DNA of 64,000 bases from Oculina patagonica (Eukaryota): positions 62,001-126,000 of the forward strand of contig NC_135758.1 of the NCBI RefSeq assembly GCF_052425735.1, read 5' to 3'. The notes beneath the pieces are model-generated. The model did no database searches and was not told the origin of the DNA. It worked only from the letters and a program-made list of their open reading frames with translations. Both the position numbers and the translations under genes were made by a program. The first letter of the stretch is position 1; every line of letters starts with the position of its first letter. Shown here piece after piece: positions 10,876 to 22,800 of the stretch.

Positions 10876-13800
10876 TTAACCAGAGGTTTCTGACGAACTA
10901 AACAAAGAAAACAAATAATTATTCAAGTTATTTAATTGGTAGTCTGCGTTCGCAGCCGAATTTCCGGCTGTTGTTTGACGCCGCCCTGAAATACATCTCG
11001 GACGCCCGTCTGCGTTCGCAGACTATTTCTCGGCAGCAAAATTCTCTAATGGATATTGTCAACATAACTTTTAACCTGTAAAATGCTGGTTTCTTAATAT
11101 TTTTAAAAGTAGAGGACATGTTTGAATAAGAGATTTTTTTAAAATAGGCGTTTGGTTCGGAGGGTTTGATTAATTCATCAAATTCTCTCTAAAACCGGCT
11201 CCATGCATTATATTCTACGCCTGGAGAAAAATTTCACTATAAACAGCTTGCGATTAAGTTGATCATGTCAGATCATTCTTTAGATGAATACTTCTTGAAA
11301 CAACATTTAAAATTCCAATTTTATTAAACGTGAAAAATTCACTGTCGTGGATCTTGAAAGTTCTTTATAAAACCCAGAGCCTCGTGTTTCTCGTCGCCTT
11401 CCTAATTTTTCTGTCCCTCCTCCATCCTCTTCCCCAGGGCCACGCGTATTTTTTCTCCTCATACCTTATTGCTGGTCCTGATGATGAAGATGACGAGAAA
11501 TGTTTATTAAAGTCAATTCTAAGCAGCAGTTGAGCAAGATGAGGGCTGGCTTGATGACTCCGAACACTTGACAAGATTTGAAACAAAAGGATTGTCTGTC
11601 TTTCATACGTCTGCAAAAAAGAAAAAAACTTCCCCACTTAGTTTTTAGTAGTTCTGTTTATTTTCGTTGATTATGCGATCTCAACTTCAAATTGGCAAAG
11701 CAAATATTAGCAAATATAATTGGCAAATATTAGCTTGTCAAGCTACTCTGAAATTCGAGCTTAAATAAAGTTTATGTATGTAGGTAACAAGCAAGGGTGA
11801 TTTCCAAGCATTATAAATTACGTTTTTATACAAACTGAAATAAATTTGAAGGTAAGAACACGTTTTTTAAGTTAACAAAAATGCAATCCATTTTAGTCAT
11901 TTTAATCTTCTTCAGTTTTGTCCATCCATGGCTAGTTGGTCAGTCGCCGTTTTCACACAAGAAACGGATAATCCGTCCTAGTGTCAAAACGGAACGGTGT
12001 TCATTTTAGTCGGATAATCCGTCTGATTTTCTCGTCTGATGACGGATTTTGAGGACAGATCATCCGTCTAAGACGCCGGATAATTTGCAGGTCTTGAATT
12101 CACATAAGGACGGATAAACTCATCTCATGCTGTCCTGAAAAGCCTGGGACTAGAAACTATCAGTAAGCAGGTTACCTTAGTAATGTTCTCAATCTGTGTC
12201 AGTTCTCTTTGTGTCAGGCTGGTACTGCCTGTTTGAAGTAGAAGCGAGCTGAATGATTGACACAAGTTCAGGATTTCATCAAGGCAGTGTGACACCTGTC
12301 AATCAATCAAAAGCGACAGGTGAAAAATATTGCTTCAAATTACACATCACACACTTTCTCAAAAATTTTGTGGGCAACTAGTCCGTAAGTCATAAAGATA
12401 CCATTTGAAGCAGAGGGGAAGCCACGAGCCATGCGGCCCACACTACCGGAGCTTATCCCGGTTTCGTAGCATTAAGCGGCTAGGAATATTTTTACTCCCC
12501 CCTGAATGGGATGCTAGTCCATCGCAGGGTTCCCCCCAGCATTATGTCGCCGGTACCCATTTATACACCTGGGTGGAGAGAGGCACTATGAGAGTAAAGT
12601 GTCTTGCCCAAGAACACAACACAAGTGACCCCGGCCGGGACTCGAACTCGGACCGCTCGATCCGGAGTCCGGCGCGCTAACCATTAGGCCACCGCGCCTC
12701 TCTATTTTGAAGCAGAGGCAACCAGTAATTACGTTACACTGGTTATACAAGAAAGATGAGTTTGATTTCAGTACTTCCATCTGTTTTATGTTCCTGCGGC
12801 CTGTTACTCGAAAGTCCCTGAAATTTTTCGGGCCTGCAAAGCTTTTTTTAGTTACAGTGGAACCCCGATCTAACGATATGCCAAGGGGGCAGTAAAATTA
12901 TATCGTTATATCGAGGAATCGTTATATCGGGGTTCCGTCCCATACATTTTACTATTGCCGGTGTCACAGCGGATTTTGTCCCCCCGCCGATTTTGTCCCC
13001 CCGGACCAAATCCGCTAGCGTATATTGTCCCCCCGGACAATATCCGCTAGCCGATATTGTCCCCCCTTCGCCGAATTTGTCCCCCCCCCCCCCTCAACAA
13101 TTGTTATTTAAGCTTTGTTTCCCTCTTACTCAGTAAACTTTCCATTTGCGTTCCCTCGAATGACAACACAAAACTTGTTATAAGTCTGCCATATTTATTA
13201 TAGTAAATAAAGTATCTTCTTAAAATGGCGATGCAATTTTGCGTTCTATGCTGGTCTCTAAGTTATTTCAGAAATTTACTAAAATTCATTGCAAAGCTTG
13301 TCGTAAACAAAAGACCTGACTAAAGACAGCGTCTAACTACGATTTTCGATTGGAAAACGTTGCTTCGTGCCGTGTTGAGAATAACATAGCTTTTCCAATG
13401 CGGTGGTTGGTAAACACCGAGACTTACCTTGTCTATTTCGTCTTTTCAATGTTCATGAAATATTCGTATTCACATTTAATCGTCTTTTCTTTTATTCGTT
13501 TACGACTCCAGGAGTACGATAGCGAAGTATGATCATTTTTGACGGGGGGACAAAATTCGCGAAGCCGGGACAAAATCCGCTAGCGAATACTGACTCCCGG
13601 GGGTCAATATCGGCTAGCGGATATTGTCCGGGGGACAATATCCGCTAGCGGATTTGGTCCGGGGGGACAAAATCCAGGGGGGACAAAATCGGCTAGGACA
13701 CCGGGACAAAACATATTCATCGTTATATCGGGAATATCGTTATATCGAAGATCGTTATATCGGGGTTCCACTGTATCTGTATCTTAAAAACAAAGTAGCG

Positions 13801-16800
13801 TATAGGGCTGAAACTTTGTGTGAAGCGAACCTCTGTTCATATGGGAAATCATTGGGTTTGAAATTTTGGGTAAGGCTTTTCAGGTGCGAAAACGTTATGG
13901 CACCCTTGAGGAACGGGCCAACGAAAACACAAAAAAGGCTTTTGTTTATTTTGCGTTCCTCCCCCAGTAAAGACTCGCGAGTTACTTGATCAAAATTATT
14001 TTTGATGAACAATTAAAATGCAATATTTGTTATTTTAAAGCGAAAAATCAAGACTAATTTTCCCGTTCAAGGGCGACGCACGCGCGATCATGTTTTACTG
14101 ATTAGATTCGCAGATTTCCAATAGAACACCCTGTGTATCTACTAAACTTCAATTATTGTAGCTTACATCCTTAACTGAATGTCACACGATGTGTTACCGG
14201 TTTCATGAGTAAGAATGACTGGGCCATCAGTGTGGTAATAAAGTGATCATGTGCCAAGCGGATTGATTCAAAGTCACGTGTACTGTTTATCTTCTCCAAC
14301 AACTGACTGTACTGCGCTTCTAGCACATCAACCTGTAGAAATCAAACCAAGACAAGGAATGTTTTGATACTAAAAATTCGAGTGCGGTAAGCCCTTCCGC
14401 CCAAATCCTAATATATATTGATTCCTCCTGGTTAAATGCCAGCTATAACAGTAAGCCCCTGGCCTATTAAATTTGAAATGAGCGTTACCCGTCCGTTTAA
14501 AACACTTTCTCAGTTACCACCCTTCTTTCTCGTCTCACTGAGAAAAATTTACTTAATTCAGATGTTACATTTCTTGTTGTAATAAAGCCTTCCTAATTTA
14601 AAAAGTTTAAAAAGCCTTGGCAACGTGCTACATCAAGAAAAAATCCGTTCAACTCTTCATAAATAGAAATTCTCTTATGTAATCCTTTTATTTTCAAGAG
14701 GTTTTGAATTCCTGAAAAAAAATGAACCGGTTTAAATTTTCACAGGAGAAAATAGTTTACTGTAATGTGTGACGTGGAAAGGCACCAGGGCATGGCCAGA
14801 ACGTCGACAATGATGTTACTAAAATTATTTACCTGGAGGTAATACTGCAAGTTATCCACCAGGAAAGCCATATGCATCCTTGAAAGCCAGATCTTTGTCA
14901 TATTTGATAGCTGAGCAGTAGATAAGTGTTTAGTACCCATGTAGGCTGCCCAGACTTGTTGAAGATCCAGCTGTGTCCGCTTCACTTTTAACAAAAATCT
15001 AAACAGGTTGTTATACCTACAGGCGGAAAGAAGGGTACATAATTAAAATATACAATCATTGCTTTCCATGTATTTAAAAACATTATTTTAAAACAAAAGA
15101 TGGGATAGTATCTTTCAATCGTTTATAATGCAGCGAATTATTTATTATCAACTTCGACCGTCTTCCTGACAGAAACTTGACATGATTTTGGATATATTGG
15201 ACTTTCCAGTGGTTTTGAAAGTTCACTTTGCTTAAAACAAAGTTTTTCTATTTTCACTTTCGAGAACCGAGCCAATCTCAGGGCTTGTTGACCAAGGTAC
15301 GTTATAAATTTATTTTTAAAGACAATCATGAAACCCAGGGTTTTGGGGCTATGTTTTGATGGTTTAAAGGTTCATTTGTGTTCAGTCTTTTGTGTTTCAC
15401 AGTGAAAAACAACTCACTTTTCTAGCACAGCCGGCTGGAACAGAATGTGTAATGGCCATTGGACATCATACTGAAGTTTAACACAATCCCAACCAGATAC
15501 CAAAGCAGATGACTGGTCTGTGAAACATCAAAATTAGATTACTCTAGACCATTTTTATTCAGCGGTAGCAATGTTAACAAACACGGGTAGTCTTCTAAAT
15601 GTAATCATGTCTCCGAAAATGTAACAAGCAAGCCTGTTGTTTCTGTAACTTAAGAAAGGTCTGTTTGCCAATTTAAAGTTAAGTAACAAAAAACTCAAAA
15701 TTACTCACTTGCAACAGTGCACGGTGCCCTCACAAGTCCTTGTGCAAAATAACTAGCCTAAGTATAGATGTGCCTAATCTGGGCTGGGGGGGGGGGGGGG
15801 GGGTTGCTGCACATAGGCTACATGTGGCTACTAGACTACAAAATAACCAGTTTATGTAAAGAATCAGAACCTTACCCTAAAAAGACCAACAGAACCGAAA
15901 CATACACTACCTGCTGTATTTGTTTTCTTCTTTTTCTCGTGCTGAGTAATTTCTTTGTCAATCACAACAGTGAACATAGAAGCAGCTTCGTCGTCATCAG
16001 GAAGAAACTGAGCAAAGCGATCACAAAGATGATAAATGACATAAACGTTCTATCAAGCCCATTTTACATCAGGCTTCCACTGTTTTAGAGTTTTTGGAGT
16101 ACATGTCAAACTCTTCACTCGCATCACAGTCCTCAGAAAGAAATAAGACCCCGACCACCTAATGGCATGTTAGAGTTTTTACAGAATAATTACGTAGATC
16201 GCCTTGGATGTAAATAACCAAACACTTCGCCTCAAAATAAAGCACTGTGGCCCATATCTGACACAACATACCTTGCTAAGAACTTGTAGAAATGCTGCAT
16301 TGGCATCTGAAACAAAGATGGACTTGCCATGTTATAACAACAACCACAACACATGTTTTATCACAAAAGGAGCCAGAACTGAAACAAAGAAACACCCTAC
16401 CATGAGATGTGTTATCTGATGGAGGCAGTTTAAGTAAACCTCTGGCATGTTCTATAAATGCTGAAAATAGTTCTCCTCTTCCCAACAAGAAAAAATCTTT
16501 CAAAATCTACAAGGAAAAAATAATGACACTCAAACAACGTGATTGTGGGTGAACTGTCTGTCTGTCTGTCTGTTTGTCTGTCTATCTGTCTGTCTGTCTG
16601 GCAATGTCAACAATCAATTTGGAATTATACTAGTTGTAAAAGAGCAATCTATATGGTGGGAATTCAGCATGAATTATCCCATTTATATAACTATCCAACA
16701 ACCTTTACTGTATTACCTGTAAATGTTTCAGTAGGTTCACATCCTCAACAACAAGTTTCCAGAGATGCTAAAAGAATGGTTCAGTGGAGATGTAAATACA

Positions 16801-19800
16801 ATGAAACATTAACACGTTTCAGTGTTGTATTCACTGAAGTATGCAATAAATGAGATAGACAGAACTGTCAAATGGATTCTTCGCCATGTCAACTGCAAAG
16901 AATAGATAACAAATTTCCTATTTTGATTAAAAGCAGTCTTAACTATTGGACACTGACGCAAGTCTCAGTCATATCACTGTTGCTTGTGAAACAATCCCAG
17001 GAGACAAAACAGACATGAGAAGCTATAATATTTTGTCCCCAGTGAAACAAAAGACCAGTGTGATACTTGCAGAATCAATAGATATGACAGCAGATATGCC
17101 ATTATCAAGAAGAAAATTAAGAATAGATGGCATGCCCTTGAGGGCAATACTTCCTTTTGTTAGTAAGCACATGTTTTATGCATCCTGGAATGGTTGTGAA
17201 GGGTTTTTAAGGTTTCTTGAGGTTAAAGTGTATTCTGTTCAGCCTATACAGGATAATTGACATTGCTAAAACCATGTCACCTACAGTAAAAGGCTGTATG
17301 AGAAAGTGTAACTGACTGAATGCTGCACAAAAAACAGGAAAGCAAAGATGCGCAGAGCATGTGTGCACTACAACAAGCCAAAATACTAAAAATTCTATCT
17401 GTACGAATAGCAAGGCTACATACTGTAACTTTAACACAGTTTCTTTTGAACCCAATATTGTTTGCCATATCAAGTTAAACTGCTAAACCAGGAGGATTTC
17501 CAAGTCATTCTTCTTCCATGCGTGTACCTAATCAATCAGCAAATGAGTGGAGCAACAATTTGTCTGAACTAGGATACAACATTTAGTTACTTACCTCAGC
17601 AACACACAACCTGATCTTGTCAATTTCATTTTCGAACAACATCAAATTAAACTTGGGAAGCTGTTGCAGTGAATATAATGACATGGTAAACTCTTGTTCT
17701 TTGTCCTGAATAACAGAACCTGCAGAATTGCAATAAGGAACCGTTTATTATTGGCTGACATAAATATAAAAGTTAAATGAGCTAAGCATTACACATAAAT
17801 GACACAAACAAAATTTATGTGTAACATACTTCTATAAAGAGAATTTTTAGTTTTCTTTGATCCTTTAAACATTCCAACAGATTCACCAATGAACAAAACC
17901 TAACAAGAAACAAAAATGCAAATTAAAAAATTAAATTAAAGCTAAACAAATCCAGACCCAAAACAATGGTGGCCACAGAAACATTAAAAATCAATTGAGA
18001 ATACAAAGCAAATACATACAATTAGAAGCAGCTAATTCAAGGTATCTCAACCAGAAAAAGTGCACGGTGTGGACTCAGTCTGGTAGCAGTGCTAGTCAAG
18101 AATGTTTTTGTACCTCAACAAAGAACACCTTACAAGGACAAAGTTTCTAACCTTATCAGCTACTCTTGTAGGAATGTAAGATGGCAGCATTTCTGCATTT
18201 ATTCTAAACTGCCATCGAGCAGGCAACTGCTTCTTCGCCTCACCTTCCTGCCAACGAAAATGAAACAGATTGATATTCTTGCATTAACTACTGACACTGA
18301 CTTTGTCTAACACCTTGTCTGAATAACTTCTAATTTGCACTTGAATTATTTCAGCCATACTACATTACTACTCAGTGAGTGCTTAGATCAAGTGGCTCGG
18401 TAAAACATGTCCTTGTAAATTAAATGTTTCTCCCATGCACTGGTGACACCAAACAGCACAAGACAGCTCACCAGCACCTAAACCAAATGATTGCTGGATA
18501 TGTTGCCATCTGTGATCCCATCCAGGTAAAAAGGTAAAAAGTCCGTGTCCGAGCCAAGTGGCCCATACAGTCGGAGCTTATCCCGGTTCCTGTAGCATTA
18601 AGTGACTAAAAGTATTGCTTCTCCCCCCTGGATGGGATGCCAGTCGATTACTGGGGTTACCCCTAGACTTTCAATAAAGTCCTTCGTCTTGTTTATTATG
18701 GCGCACCGGGACGAGGACTTTTCATACTTGAATCGCGCCACTTTTAGCGACCCAAAAACGGGTCGCTGAGCTTAGACCAATCAGAGCAGCCCTTAGAACA
18801 GAAGTGTCAATCACAAGGGATTATGCGCAGTGAAACATGACTTGCGGTCAAACATTCAACATGGGGTCAATTTCAAAAGCGATAGATAATGTTGTCAAGG
18901 CCACCAGTTATTCAAGTTTGCGTTTTTGCGTCTGCTCCAACTGGAGCTGGAAAAAGCCTCCCTATGAGCTCGCTCCGTACGCATACGACTCCTTTCTTGG
19001 TACGGGTTCCACTGATTTCTTTAAGATCAAGTTTCGAACCTTACTGCCTCTGAAATTCCAGCTTTGTATGTTGGCGACGACTGCTCTGAACAGCAACTGG
19101 CGGATAATTTAGATTTTAAATCTAAACTGGTGTTTGGAAGTCTGGTGGCGATTCTTAATAACTATCGGCACATTTTTCGTCAGTTAAAAAAACAATTTAA
19201 AATGTGTATTCATTGGCGAGAGTCATTGCATTGCCAAATTTGCTCTTTGGACGCAGGAGAAACGCACACACGCTCGATTGTTTTCGTTGGTCAGGAGTTG
19301 AGTTGTTTACGTTTTGCCATTCGAGTCAAGGACTTGCAACGAAATCCGAGATACCAGGCGTAAGTCACGCAACAGCTAAACTCCACCCCTTGAAAATTGG
19401 TACTCCCCATTTTTGGCGCGAAACGCAAACGAAAACCCTTCAAGCGAGACAAGTCGACCTCTGGCGACTTCGTCACTCCAGGGAGGAGTAGAAATACTCC
19501 TAGTCACTTAACGCTAAAGAAACAAAAGGATGCAGACTTTTTAACAGAAATTTGCTTTAAGTGTCGCTCGCTCATTTTTGAACCAACTTTCACATTAAAT
19601 CCTTACCAGTATTTCAGCAAGTTGTCTTCCTGTAATCCCAGGTATTCCAAGGTCACTGCCGCTACTTGTGGCACCTTCATCTGTTTTGGTAACTGTTTGA
19701 TCGTCAGCTGAAGTGACTTCCTTAATGAAGAACTCATTGTGTTTATCAATGTGAATCCCGTGAAGGACCCAGGCACTGAGTTGTTGATACATCACACCAT

Positions 19801-22800
19801 GACACACAAACAGGATTCTAAATAGAGGAAAATGATGACATCCAATTGCTAATAAAAGGAAGGTTGCACAAAATCTTGCCTATCACCATGTAAGCCCACA
19901 TTCAAAACATATCGGTACATTGAAATCGCAATTTTCAAACCTCTAAGGTAAAAGAAAATTAGTTTGAGAAATCAGGGAGTTAAAGAAGTAAAACTGCACT
20001 GTTTGATTAAAGGAAGGGAAACCACCTTTGGTTCAAGTTATCTGGTGTCACACAAGCTAGGCAGCATGAACAATAATCTGGAGCTTTTCTCCAACAAAAA
20101 CAATGCACAACTGCCACATTTCGCAAATACATAGACTGCCACCCAGCATATAGGTCAATGAATTGGTTTGACCACACCATTTAGAATTTAGATTTGAGTT
20201 ACCTCTCTAATGCATCTCTCACATCAGGAATACCGCAGTTACAACTTTGGTGCAATATATCCAGGATTTGACATCCCAAGGCCTGCTCAAGGAAAAGAAG
20301 CAAGTCTTAATCAATTCTTTCAGTTACTTTTTACATTCATTGAGGTCTCACAATTCATCAAGTGAACTGAATATATTCCAAAGAGTTGTAGATTATAAAG
20401 AGCTCTTCTCTCGCTAGCTGATCATTTAATTAGATGTACAGCACACTGTCATATTCCAATGTAATGTATAACAATCGAAACTCAAATTTAATGGTCATAC
20501 AATGCACTTCGTTAACAAAAGTTAATAAATACAAGCATGCCTACAGCGTATGTAATTTATTTTACCCTTGGGAAAATCTGACATTTTTCTTTATTCTGCA
20601 TTCATTGTCATATGTTACCATATAGCAAAACAAAGGAAAATACCAAACTGATTGTAATAAGTGAGAATTTAAGCCACAACAGGTACAATAAAATGTATCA
20701 CTGGTATACCTTGCTAGCTTGGATCTGTTCAATAACTGACCAAATGGCAGGAAATAAAACTTGATACTGAAAAGGAATATCAAGCACCATTTGTCAGTGG
20801 TCCTTGGCACATTTCATATTGTTTTGGTTACAATATATCTCAATAAATACAATTTTAATAATAATGCCAAACCAACCTGTTCCAAGCTGTGTTCAATGTA
20901 AGTAAGAGGCAGATTGGGATCTTCAAGAATCTATGGTTTACAGAAAATTAAAATTATTTAATTTAATTTCTGCTGTTCACAACTGTACACCGTGGTTGGT
21001 ACAGTTTTAGGCAAACAAAATTCAAGGACTTGTTATAAATAACCGGCACGCATACATGCATGCACAGGCGATAACGCTTTACAATGATCCCAGAAATTGC
21101 ATTTTTCTTATTCATTTTAATTTTTATTTGCCTTGACTACAAAACGAACCTCCAATACATTACAAACCTACAGCATGACAAGATAAATACATTAAATCAT
21201 TATGAACTTCGTCATTTAGCAACAGAAAGGCCCAGATTTGATTTCCACCCCTAGTCGATACTGAAGATTGTGTGAAATTTCCGTATTGAAATGGTCTGAA
21301 ATGTAATGAAGTCAACACCGCTTACTAGAATCACTTACATGCATTTATGCAACTTATCAAACAAAACATTTTAGATCAGCTAAATCAGCAATAGGGTAGA
21401 AGTTCTTTCTGAGTGAACTCTGGCTTCTCGTAAAAATAGGAATACGGATACCGTCACTGTGTTATTTTTAATGGCTTACCCGAATAAATATTATCAAAAG
21501 CAGTAAAAGGAAGATGGCGAGTCGCGAAGGGAAAAGTTAAATATTATCGACAACAATGCACGTCAAAGCAAACAATGATTTCAGATAGCTCACCTTTGCA
21601 ATCTATAAATCAAGATACTGCTGCCATCGGTCTCCCTTTTGGAAAGGTTTCAAAAGTTATGACACTAACCGGCCTTCACTCGTCAAATTCAACATCAGTC
21701 AACTTAGTCTGCCATCACGTATGCCGACTTCGAATACACGTACAACGGTAAAAAAGTTCTTTAAGCGAGCTCACAATTATCCAGTACATCATTCTCCCCT
21801 GACCCCAAAACTCCGTTTAACTGTACGTTAGAAATCAAAACTGAGTAAACAACAAAGTGCCTAGTTCCCAGTGCTACTCGGTTGGAGTAATCTTTCACTC
21901 CTCACACGGCCGTCCACCGGGCCATAGCATATAGGCGTTACCGCCTAAAAATAAGGGAGGGAAGCAAGATTCTCAATGGGGTGGGAACCTTCTGCAACAT
22001 TGTGCAATATTTTGCAAAAATAGAAATAACAGGAAGTGGCAGGAACCACTAAGAAATGGGTGAGAACCAGGAGTAAAGGGTACAGGAAGGCAGAAGTTCA
22101 GACCCCCCCCCCCCCCCTCCCCTCCCTCACACACACACAAACGTCACACTAGATGGTGTACTATGTTTGGTTCAATAATGTTGTTTTAAAACTTAAGCAT
22201 TCTTCCATAGCGTGCATCTAACTTTGCATGATGCCTTTCTTCACTGTGCTTTAATTCACAAGTTTTATGTGTGGCTGCCTTTCTTAGAGCATTAGACTTA
22301 GCAACAAGTGTACATGTAAGCTTTCAAGTTTCTTTAACAAACACTAAGAATGCAGTTTCAAATTTCAAGGAATTCAGTCAAGTCTCATTTGAAAATTCAA
22401 GTTTCTTTTCAAGAAATTTGGGCAGGCAGATTTAAGATACCGGTAGATGGCAAATTTAAGGGCTTTTCGACATTGTACAAACAATACATACATGTAGTTA
22501 AAAAACTTTGCATGGTTACTAATTCTGTCAAGGGTGCTTGCAATGTCCACAAAAAGTTAGTCTTCTTGGGTAGAACCTCATTTTCATTTGTCATTTTCTA
22601 TTTTCATGAATATTAATTCTTAATTTTGCGAATTTACAGTTTCATGACACAAATTGAGCCTAAATACAGGACTAACTGTAATTTTATACCTTATTCTTAC
22701 TTATTTTTGCGAGTACTAATTTTCCCGATTTTTGGGTTAATACGCGCTAAAAAAACATCGCATGAAATTTAAGCGCGCGAAATTAATACCATATTATAAT

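Noticed and set aside
11365-11464. Arg/Trp-rich C-terminal extension of TUBGCP4 in the ORF track
   Set aside because: Read-through into an intron: an AG/GTATGA donor at 11464 and a compatible final exon at 10876-10897 explain the end better.
12630-12700. tRNA gene
   Set aside because: Box A and B are present but continue into a SINE body with a TSD; it is a SINE head, not a full cloverleaf.
12962-13700. CRISPR-like short iterated repeats
   Set aside because: The repeats are subterminal, mirrored at both ends and lack unique spacers; they are transposon TIR subrepeats in a eukaryotic intron.
21065-21947. Possible TIR element (caggcgataacgc / gcgttaccgccta)
   Set aside because: Short imperfect match without a clear TSD; not enough support to list as a feature.
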